A stretch of 41,163 nucleotides of DNA from Octopus bimaculoides. Lineage: Eukaryota. The notes below the pieces were generated by a model. It saw only the letters and a program-made list of their open reading frames with translations. It ran no database searches and was not told the DNA's origin. Position 1 is the stretch's first letter. Every line of letters begins with the position of its first letter. The stretch is from positions 97,296,487 to 97,337,649 of the forward strand of contig NC_068984.1 of the NCBI RefSeq assembly GCF_001194135.2, given 5' to 3'. Made by a program: the position numbers and the translations under genes. This document shows positions 1 through 11,200 of this stretch, piece by piece.

Positions 1-129
1 ATATTCATCCCAGGAAAGTCTTTCCTACGGATGGCGTTGTAAATTGTTTTAGTTTCATCATGTTGCGATGGGAGGGAGTACCTTCACGACTTTGGTGGGT
101 AGTTGTTGATTGCAGTATAACGTCTTTCA

Positions 130-197
130 TATGTATGTATGTATATATGTATGTATGTATGTGTGCGTGCATGTATGTTCGTATGTATGTATGTATG
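130..197. repeat. (ATGT)n microsatellite
   Basis: Imperfect atgt/gtat tandem run. Confidence 0.9.
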
Positions 198-359
198 TCA
201 TTATTCAGTTTATTTCAAGATTTCTTGCCAATAGGGAAAGAATCGGTTTCTAACCTAGATCCAAGGCTCCTTCATTTAAATTTCAACATCAACAACAAAG
301 TATGTATATTAGGGCTTAGGTTTAGGGTTAGGCCGAAAATGGGTGGTGTGCGTATTCTT

Positions 360-1620
360 TACCTCCGCCGATTCCTTTTCTATTCTCAGTAACCATTAGC
401 ATGATGACTTCTTTCGCAGAGTCAGATCCACTGGAGACCCTCTCTTATACCACTCACCAGTGGGCACTCGCTATAGAGAAGTTCGGTTAAAGTACGGTTG
501 TTACCCTGAACATCATTAAAACTTTCCCTCGTGTCTAAAATGTGAATCACCTATCAAAAACTCTCGCTTATGGGCTCCACACATCTCTCGACTCTTGGTT
601 CGGTAGCTTCTTACCAGATAGCACCATAGTCACTTGTGTTGACGAAGCTTTTTCCTCCCCACTTTCAAAATAGACCTTGGTGTGTCCCAGGGTTCTTTTT
701 CCCCCATTCTCTTCCTACTATTCATCAATGATCTACACGCTAACGACGTTCAACAACGTCCACTTTTATACAAATGATTCTACCTTCTATTCGTCTCTTA
801 CATTTCCCAAACATGCACCATCCACATGCAATCACACGTCAAAGCTGCATTAATTTTATGAATAGATACCTCGAGAGCATCCTCCGTTGAAGCTTATCCT
901 TTTAACAGTAAATCTTGTTATTTTAACAGAAAAAGAAAAAAATAATCAAGCGTTACTCATTTCACAAAATATGTCATCGTATTATCCACTCTTTACACAT
1001 AAGAGCACTAAATTACAGCCCTCACTGTTAGCTCCAAATATTGATCATTATTATCGCATAGGATCTCTCCTTGAAAAAGCACATCCTTAATATAGCAAGG
1101 ACCGCATTTCAAACGTTAACTCTCTCTTCAGAGCCAGAAAATATTTCACTTCCCTCCACCAACAACTACTGACACTACAAAACTTAAGGACTTTACTGTA
1201 GTACTGGTTCCACATCCGGAACGGTGCTCACCCCGTCCAGGGAAAAAGGCCAGTCGACCTGATCACTTGCGGACGCTTTCCATTCAGCCCTTGATCCACA
1301 GGTCTGCTGTCTTCTCTTCCTCTCTTTTCTGAGGCAACTATAATAGCCCGTCCCTCGGAGCTAGTTGGTCTCATACTACCTCCAATCAGGCACCCCCGAC
1401 CCACTCGTCTTTCCACCTCTCGTCATCCCTGTTGCGTTCATTTCTAAGGATCATGCACTCACCACTATGCTTTGTTCTTTCTCCCCAGAATATCCATCAT
1501 TTCCTTGCTCATGTCTTTTCTGCAGGTGCTCACTGCTCACCTGTCACCTGTTTCGGATGGCCTACAAAAGTAATGGGCGGGTACTGCCCCTGCCTCCAGC
1601 CTCAGCAAATAAAAACAAAC
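360..1620 (+). mobile_element. Decayed 5'-truncated CR1/L2-group LINE (RT domain to 3' end)
   Basis: Interrupted RT motifs: FRRVRSTGD; TLNIIKTFPRV* (cf. ALDISKAFDRVW); GVSQGSFSPILFLLFINDL at 679; VHFYTND (YADD remnant); later SLFRARKYF and HIRNGA; followed by a simple-repeat tail. Confidence 0.85.
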
Positions 1621-1729
1621 GTATGTATGTTTGTAGGTAGCCAAATATGCGTGTGTCTGTGTGTGTATGTACGTGTATAGGTGTACGTATGCATGTATTT
1701 ATATGTGTGTGTGTGTGTTTGTGTGTGTT

Positions 1730-1760
<31 letters not shown>

Positions 1761-1789
1761 GTATGTGTGTGTGTGTGTGTGTGTGTGTC
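1620..1789. repeat. (GTAT)n/(GT)n compound microsatellite
   Basis: Long GT-rich tandem run directly after the LINE 3' end. Confidence 0.95.
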
Positions 1790-2037
1790 TATCTTGCTCC
1801 AAATTATATTGTGAAGGAACTAAATATAAAAAAAAAAAAAAGGCAACATGAATGCTACTCGAACGAATTTCCTTGAAATATTTCCGAATCAATACCCACT
1901 TATAATTTTCACCATCAGCAATGCTGTAAACCAGTGATTTCCCCTCATTAGAAGCATATAATCCATACCGACGCTATTCTTCATCATTTACCTTATAGAA
2001 TAACTCTCTGACTGTGTAACTCTTTGGTGTGAGGAGG

Positions 2038-2044
2038 TATAAAA
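2038..2044 (+). promoter_or_regulatory. Candidate TATA box
   Basis: TATAAAA about 100 nt upstream of the SDF2 ATG; the TSS is unknown and the sequence is AT-rich. Confidence 0.3.
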
Positions 2045-2061
2045 GCGTGTGATTGTAGAGA

Positions 2062-2080
2062 CGTGTCTTTAATTTATTGG
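2062..2080 (-). promoter_or_regulatory. ERSE-like element (CCAAT-N9-ACACG)
   Basis: Plus strand CGTGT-ctttaattt-ATTGG, 58 nt upstream of the SDF2 ATG; exact N9 spacing and 9/10 match to the ERSE consensus CCAAT-N9-CCACG. A second ATTGG lies at 2086-2090. Confidence 0.5.
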
Positions 2081-2138
2081 ACGACATTGGCGAAATCGAA
2101 TCTGTTTCTCATCAATTTTTACACGGATTTTTCTTACA

Positions 2139-2208
2139 ATGGCCATGCCGTCCGTCACCAGTCTCTCGCTATTGTTATTCTCTGCATTTACTCTTACAGA
2201 AACAGAAC
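2139..2208 (+). CDS. SDF2: SDF2 exon 1 (start codon, signal peptide)
   Basis: acaATGg start context; MAMPSVTSLSLLLFSAFTLTETE; donor C|GTAAGT at 2209; phase 1 fits exon 2. A second in-frame ATG sits at codon 3. Confidence 0.85.
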
Positions 2209-5200
2209 GTAAGTACTATAACCCCACCCATATATACATATATGTACACACATACACATAACTTTGTTAGTGACCGGCGTGAATTTTTTTAAGGAAGAAA
2301 TCAAATAATTTCAATGAAACACACACATATACATTTACATACATGTACACATATTCACACACGTATGTGTGCGTTTGTGTACGTGTATACTTACATGTTT
2401 ATACTTACATGTATAGACAAACACGTTAGTGGTAATATTTCGTTCTAAGTAGACGCCAACTGTCATATTTTTCATTTCTGTTTTCTTCTCTTCCTTTATT
2501 CCTTTAGTTCAATGGTGAATGATATAGTATAGAGAAAACGTGATGTGTTAAAACTTTATACCCACGATGAGAAAGACTCCAAGTACTCGATTGATATGCT
2601 ATGAAGAGTAACTAAATCTCCATCAAATCACTACCGTCTTTAAAACAGGACATTGCATAACAATGTAATTTTAGATACACTATTTGAATAAATGACGGAA
2701 GGTCTGCTCAGTCATTGCTGAAATAACTTAGACGTCAGTCAATCTGCTAGAAATAGAAGCAAATATCCTTCAAATCTTGCTTTATACTATCTTAGGGAAC
2801 ACGGAAATGATCGTGGCTGGAATGCTTGAGTAGACGGAAAATATAAGCCCTTCGGATGAATTTTTATCTGTAATTCAAAGGTCCAATCTTGGTGTCACGC
2901 TAGTTCCCACACTGAATTACATTAAGAGAACGTGTTTGTGGAGTATTCAACCACTTACCCAAATTAAATGAGCAGGTAGTTCGAACACGAAACTCATTTT
3001 CCCCACACTAATCTACAGTAATAGTTGTTTCAGAAATTTCAGCTTGTATTATTTCTTACATCTGAGGATAATATCTATTGCCTCCTCTTTAATGTGTCTG
3101 CTGAGTCCCCTTAGATATTTCCGAGAGACAGTTCTTGTCTTCTTATTTGTCTTAAGCAGGTGACAAGTGCATATCTACCTGGTAGGTTATCAATCTATCT
3201 CAAGTAAAATTCTCACATCTTCTCAACAGTTGGGTGGACTGAAACCATGTAAGATATAATGCTCTGCCTGGAAGCGCAATGAAATGAATTGTCACCATAA
3301 GATCTGTAGCCAAAAGGTAGTCTAGTATCATATCCATTTGGCTATTTCATTGATGTAAAAATGGCACCCCCTAATATATATAGTTATATCAGTAGATGGA
3401 AACGGTTCAAAGATTTATGATATATTTCATGTACGTTTATATCTCTGTTCTATATGTTGTGTGTACAAACTTAATCTAATTGACTGAATTTTAGAGCATC
3501 TAACTTACATACCTTGTATTTTTGGTAATTTTTCTGATTAACACCCGCACGATCTTCACTAGGGTGTTAGGGTTACGGTTAGGGTTTTAGGGTTTGAGTT
3601 AAGGAATTCCATCCCTAACCCTAAACACTAACCCTAACTCTGACCCTAAAACCCTAACCCTAACACCCTAGTGAAGATCGTGCGGGTGTTAATTCCTTAA
3701 CAAATGTTGTCCAGGCCTGTATCTTGGAAAAGAACTTTCCAGGTGCAGCTATATGGTCTTACAGAACCCTAGAGAGAGAGAGTTACTCTAAACATCTCAT
3801 AGTTTTAACAGTAGCATCCTGATCCATCTGTAAGTGTAGGTGGCAAGAATGAAGCTTAGAGATCTTACTGTAGAGAGGCAATGATTTTCAGGCATATGAT
3901 CATCATTTTAACTTTCATTTGACCCAATGTGTTAGCAAAGAGCTGAACTGCAGCAATTTGTGTCTTAAAAAATATGCACATGCTCCATCCACTTGGCAGA
4001 TAACAACATTACTATTAATTTAGAAATAAAGTTCCCACTTGGAATCTAGCCTGAGACAATGTATACAGTCAGGAAGACACCTAGTAATGATCAGAAATTG
4101 GAACTGCAAGATAGATATGCTAAATTTTTACTCTAAACATTTCTCAATCTATGGATCACAATCCAAGTAAGTCAAGGTATTATTGTGAAAGTGTCATGGA
4201 GACAGACGAAATGTTTGATAAAATGTAAAATATTCATAGATATATTATATCAAAGGCCATAAGTACAAAGGCCACAATACAACATGAATTGCAAACAAAA
4301 ACGAATATTTCTGTAAAAATAGCAAATGTTTTATCTAGATATTAAAAAAGGTTACAGGGCTAGGGCTATTGGTTTAACAAAATAGGTAATGATGGTCAAA
4401 AGTTGGGACCAACTGGTCTAAATTATCTTAATAATAGCTTATTTAGTAATTGCTTAGAAGTGTGCTTTTAGATTCAGTTCCACAGGTTGAGTCATATTAA
4501 TCTCCACTATTACATGTCCACAACACACTGGTCCAGCATGGCCAAAACAAATGAAAGAATAAACACTTGTACTGTAAATAAAGCATTGTAGATTCATTGC
4601 AGGTATTTTACTGAATTCCAGGGCAGCAAAGCACTGCACTCTCTAGAAGCCAAAGAGGGAGGCCTATAAGTGGATGTATGACCTTATAGTAATAGCAGTC
4701 AAATCTGTAAATCACATCCTACATTCTTAAACACAGCGAGGCACATTAAGTAGTATATCCTAGATATACTATGTCTGAATAAGACTAGATGGCCATGGCT
4801 GGAATGCTCGACCAGGGCAGACCTGGAGCTAAGCAACAACTGTACTCTACATTTTCTCCCTCTACTCACTGTCATAGAAAGACTAGCATCTTATACAGAG
4901 GTACATTTAAACACTTGTCCAATTGACATTACAAGCATCTGTCCATTCCTGTGGCTGGTTCTGAACATATTAATTAACTGTGTTTTAAGAACTGATTGTA
5001 TTTGCTATTAACCTTACTCATTTTACAGACTTCCTCCACTCACCATATCAACCTCACTCATATTACTGACCCTTTCATTCACCATTTCCTCCAAGTTAAT
5101 TAATGTAACACTTTAACAACTTCTTACTCTTTCTCCCCCCACCTTACTGATGTCTTATTAATATAATCTTTATTTTCTCTTTCAGAGTTCCATTACAAAT

Positions 5201-8200
5201 ATGTGACGTGTGGTTCTACATTAAAGTTGCTTAATCCATATCACAAAGTCCGTTTACACTCTCATGACATCAAATATGGGTCAGGAAGTGGACAACAGGT
5301 AGGTAACCCTCATGTCACATGAAGTATATGTCATATTCACATAAGTGAAGGCTATTTAGTGTGTAGAAGTAAAGGAGCTGGACCATATATTATTCTCATC
5401 ATCATCTTACATCCCCTCTTTTTTTTCCACACTGGCATAAGGTTTTGCTATTTGTTACTGTCCTTCATCATCTGGCACCTACAACTACAAGAAAACCAGC
5501 AAACTTTGTGTCTTCATCATTACTTTAATGCCCACTTTTCATTGTTTGCTTGGAGCAGATGGAATTCATTGAGATAAGTTATCTATGGCTGGGAGCCTTT
5601 CCTACCATCATCCCCCACCATTTACCAAGCAAGGTAATATTTCTCCCTGGCCAAATATATTTTTTCACAGAATATTGTAAGATGGTGATGCTCATTTACA
5701 ACCATCATATGACATTCAGACAAGGTGGGACACATACATTCACACATGTACATGATGGGTTTTTCAGTTTCCGTCTACCAAATCCACTCACAAGACTTTG
5801 GTCAGCTTGGCTTCTATAGTAGATGGTAACTGCTGAAAGTGTTGCTTAGTGGGACTGAAGTTGAAACAATATGCTTGCACCTGTATATGTCATTTTCATC
5901 TGTTCTATCTCTTTGTGTTCATCATCATCATTTAACATCTGTTTTCCATGCTGGCATGGGTTGGATGGTTTGACTGAAAACTGGTTAGCTGGGGAGCTGC
6001 ACCAGACTCCAGTCTGATTTGGCATGGTTTCTACAGCTGGATGCCTTTCCTAATGCCAACAACTCCAAGAATGTAATGGGTGCTTTTTATGTGCCACCAG
6101 CACAGGTGTCAGTTACAAAACACTGGCATCAGCCATGATTATGATCTCACTTGGCTTGACAGGTCTTAAGTGTGGAATATTGCCAGAGGTCTTGATCACT
6201 TATTACTGCCTCCGTGTTCTGAATTCAAATTCCACTTAGGTACCAATGTCCAAGATTAATCGCCTGACCATGGAAACATCTCCCCTGTTCAACCTACACC
6301 TGACCTACATAGAAGGGTGAAGTCTAAAACTAGCATCACTTGATCTCAGGAACACTCTGTTCAACCCACACTTTGCTAGCATGAACATGTGAACCTAAAA
6401 CTAGTATAAGAATGAGTATACTTACTGAAGCTTATTTCAGTAGTAGTCAAAAGTGACTGAGTGCTTGTATTATTGTATATAGTATGACAGCCTCCTTTGT
6501 GATTAAGTTTCTAATTATTACCTATAGCAATAAGTAATATTGATGAGCTGGTTAATTATAATAATCAATATTAGGTGGCAAGCTGTCAGAACCATTAGCA
6601 CACTGGGCAACATTTTGTCTGTCTTTATGTTCTGGGTTCAAATTCCACCAAGGTCGATTTTGCCTTTCATCTCTTTTGAGGTCAATAAAATAAGTACTAA
6701 TTGAAAACTGGGTTGATGTAATCAACTTACCCCTCCCTGAAATTGCTGGCGTTGTGCCAAAATTTTGAAAGTAATATTTCCATCAACATGTTGCCAACAT
6801 GAAATATAACTTGCTTTCACTTTAACATTTCAGTGTGTATGTTTATTGATCTTGTTATACCTACATAAATCTTACATATTAAAACTGAAAATGTCTGTGT
6901 GTGTGTTGGTGGTTTTTGTTTTGCGCCAAAACAGCTCAACCAATTCTTAAACTTCACATGCACATTGCTTATGTGTCTGGGAAGGTTTTAAGTATAAATT
7001 GATTTCGAAAAAATGTTCGGGTAAACAGAGGAGGAATAACATTTGGGCACGGTTGAACAGCAGGCTTAATTATTTTTAAGCTTCCAAGGGAAATAACCCA
7101 TTCCCTCCTTTGTAAATTATTTGGTAAAATTGAAATTGAGTATGCATATTTCTTGGTATTTGAACTATTTTAGTTATTTTTTCAATTTATCCAGTACAAA
7201 GCTTAAACAAGTAAATATAAACTTCACATGCACACTGCTTATGTGTCTGAAGAGGTTTTAAGTATAAATTGATTTCGAAAAAATGTTCTGGTAAACGGTG
7301 GAGGAATAACATTTGCAGCTGACAGGCTAGGACTTCAAAGGCCCTCAAGTAAGTTTTGGTCATTAAAAGCTTTCACTAACGATCCCAGTTGCAACTACAG
7401 CAGCAGATCGGACATTACAATTGGCACAATGAGTAGGATCTGCGATTTTTGTCTGGCCAAAAAGTGGCCTGGAGAAACCCCAGGCATATGCTGCTCAAAT
7501 GGTAAGATTAAAATNNNNNNNNNNTTGACCTTTTGACTGGGGCTTCGCCTTTTTCTACCAAATTTCTTAAGCGCATTTGTGCCTATAACTGCACCTTCCA
7601 AATGACTTTGTTCGAGGCTAACATCATTAGAGAAGGATAATTGATGCCATCCTTTAAAGTTCCTATAGCAATAAGTAATATTGAATATATCACAGGCTTG
7701 GTTCTCTTCAGCCAATCGATACTGCCTCGCCTCAGTTTCTACAACTTTGCTTTGTTGGCGACTATGCAAACCAGGCTGCCAGACGGCAGTCCTTCTTACC
7801 TGGTACCGACCTAACCTTAATACACCAGCTCTAGAAGTTGATTCACGAAACAAACAGCTATGTTCGCAGTTTTAAGTATGCCTTACAAATAGCTGACTCT
7901 CCAGAGTTCACGTTAGTTATCAATGCAGACCATAGGCCTTCTGGGCAACACGCTCGCCGCTATAACGAGCCCTCATGTAATGAGGTTGTGGTGCTTATTT
8001 GAGGTGAACAACACCAAAGTAGGGACATAGTCTTGCACTGCTGAGACAATGAGCTCCAACAAATTTGTGAAACCCATAGGTCCTATGACGCACTTCAGTA
8101 TCCCCTATTTCGTACTCACTTAAACATTCCCCAACAAAACCTATCAGGGGCAGGTTCTGTTGGCAGTAAATCAGTTATGTGTATGGCTTACTATACCTAT

Positions 8201-11200
8201 CGGTACATGGTTAGAGACAGCAGTTTGAATCACCTACATCTTTCTCACTACCTTTATCAACCACATGCTGTTAAGATTGAGTCTCAGTGCTTACAATACA
8301 TACGGTTCAATCAGGCTAAGCTACAGGCTGAAAAGTACATCCATCTTAGAGATAGCATCAATAACAATGTTGCCCCTAGAAGGATAGGCCAATTGTGATT
8401 ACTTCCATCTTCCTTTACTGGTAGTCCTTGATATATGCACAAACATTTGCAAGATGCCGTGATTTACGTTCGGCACTATGGTGGGCCCGACCTTTTCATT
8501 ACCTTCACTTGTAATACCAGGTGGAATGAAATACAAGTGAGTCTTCTGCCTGGTCAACAAGCCCATGATAGGCCTGAGGTCATTGCGAGAGTTTTTAGAC
8601 TTAAACTATTTAATTCAAGGACCTCCTCACCAATGGCCAAATATTTCGCCATGTTAAAAACTTCATGTTCGCTGTTGAGTGGCAAAAGAGGGGCATGCCT
8701 CACGCACACACACTTCTGTGGTTAAGTCAGAAAATAAATGCAAATGACATAGACTGGTTAATTTCTGCTGAAATACCTGATCCGGGCGTTGATAGTGAAC
8801 TCCATGGCATAATGAAATCTAATATGGTCCATGGCCCTTGTGGGCCTGCCTACGCAAGGAAAGATTGCTTGATAAATGGTGTATGCTCTAAGAATTATTC
8901 CCAAAAAATTTGTGTCCCAGACTCAAACTGCTCAAGACGGATACCCACTGTATAGGCGTAGGAAGCCATGCGACGGAAGCTTAACCTTAACCATAGGGAA
9001 ATTTGAAGTTGGCGATAGATGGATAGTACCTTACTGTCCGCTTCTTTCAAAGACATTTAAAGCACATATCAATGTTGAATTTTGCAATTCTGTCAAATCA
9101 ATGAAATATGTCTGCAAATACGTTAATAAAGGGTTCGATGCCGCCATGTTTGGCCTCCAAGGCACCAACCAACACAATGAAGTAACACAATAGCAGGCTG
9201 CACGGTACATAAGCAGCAATGAAGCGTTTTGGCATATTTTCGGTTTTCCAATACACGAAAGGTATCCTGCCATTGTCCAGCTTGCTGTTCATCTGGAAAA
9301 CGGCCATAGACTGTATTTCAGTGAAGCCACTGCTGCCCAAATAGCACAAGCTCTACTGTGTTTTTTAAACTTTGTCAGGTTGATCCTTTTGCACGGACAC
9401 TCCTTTACCCACAGGTTCCATCCTACTATACCTGGAACAGCAAGACTTGTAAGAGAAGGAAGACAGGTAAAACTGTTGAAGGGCACAAAGGCATTAAGTT
9501 CGATGATTGCCTTGGGTGCGTTTATACAGTGCACCCAAATCAGACTGAGTGCTTTCATCTCCATCTTCTACATGAAGTAACAGGCCCAACTTGCTTTCAG
9601 GGTTTAAGAATTGTGGATGAAAACGTTTTTGCAACTTACAAAAAGGCATGTCAACAGCATGGTCTTCTTGAAGATGACGGGCAGTGGTAAACCTGCTTAT
9701 CAGAGGCTTGTGTATCCAAATCGCCTGGAAGCCTTAGAACACTTTTTGCTGTTATACTGCACAATTGTGCACCTAGTNNNNNNNNNNNNNNNNNNNNNNN
9801 NNNNNNNNNNNNNNNNNNNNNNNNNNNNNNNNNNNNNNNNNNNNNNNNNNNNNNNNNNNNNNNNNNNNNNNNNNNNNNNNNNNNNNNNNNNNNNNNNNNN
9901 NNNNNNNNNNNNNNNNNNNNNNNNNNNNNNNNNNNNNNNNNNNNNNNNNNNNNNNNNNNNNNNNNNNNNNNNNNNNNNNNNNNNNNNNNNNNNNNNNNNN
10001 NNNNNNNNNNNNNNNNNNNNNNNNNNNNNNNNNNNNNNNNNNNNNNNNNNNNNNNNNNNNNNNNNNNNNNNNNNNNNNNNNNNNNNNNNNNNNNNNNNNN
10101 NNNNNNNNNNNNNNNNNNNNNNNNNNNNNNNNNNNNNNNNNNNNNNNNNNNNNNGTTCGTAACTAGACTCATTCTTGCAAAAGTAAGGCTACAAAAGTGC
10201 ATCGCAATTGCTGTGGCAACTTTGGGCATAGCTGCTACTCTGCTCCCTGGTGGTAAGACTGCACACTCTACGTTTAAGCTTCCCCTTAACCTCGCAAGTT
10301 CACCAACGCCTGTTTGCAACATTTCAAAGACATCGGACAACGGGCAATTGCTCGCTCAATGCCTACTGATTGTTTGGGATGAATGCACAATGGCACACAA
10401 GGGTGCCCTTGAGGCATTAGATAGAACTTTGTGAGACATAAAGTAAAGCCACGAACCAATGGAGGGTGTCACTGTGTTGCTACCTGGAGACTTTAGACAA
10501 ACCTTGCCAGTGATTCTGAAAGGTACAAGGGCGGATGAAGTAATGGCATGCCTTAAGTCTTCACCTCTATGGGGTCATGTTGTTACTTTAAAGTTAGAAT
10601 CCAACATGAGAGCGCACCTCCATGAGGATCCATTGTCAGAAAATTTTGTGAGGGACATTCTCCTTCTTGGCAATGGTGAAGTTCCAGAAGATGGAAATGA
10701 AGATGTTGACATAAGTGACATTTGTACAACAGCCAGTACTATCCAGAGTCTTCAGGGCCAGGTCTTCCCAGGTCAAGAAGTCCACAGCGGAGATCTAGAT
10801 TGGCTTTGCCAAAGAGCCATTTTGGCTCCTAAAGACGTTGCAGTCAGTGCAATCAACAAACGCCTTTTACTGTGTTTGCCTGGGGATGTGACAGTCTATA
10901 AGTCAGTAGACACCATTCCAAAATCAGGATGAGGTAGTTGATTATCCCACTGAATTTTTGAATTCCTTGGAGCCTTCAGGTGTACCTCCACATATTCTTA
11001 CTCTTCAAGTAGGTATCCCTGTTATACTGATAAGGAATTTAAATCCACTGACGTGCGACGGTATTGCCTTGTTATCACAAAATTACTTCCCGATGTCATT
11101 GAAGCAACGATTATGACCGTCTCTAGTAAAGGTCAAGACGTCTTCATACTGCGAATTCCCCTTGTGCCTTCAGCTGCTGACTTACCGTTCACATTCCACA

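Noticed and set aside
60-392. 110-aa ORF and the many other 60-110-aa ORFs rich in VCVC, YIYI or HTHT
   Set aside because: They are translations of microsatellites, SINEs or AT-rich non-coding DNA, with no recognisable domain.
7395-7853. 152-aa minus-strand ORF
   Set aside because: Antisense to the Helitron coding region and crosses an N-gap.
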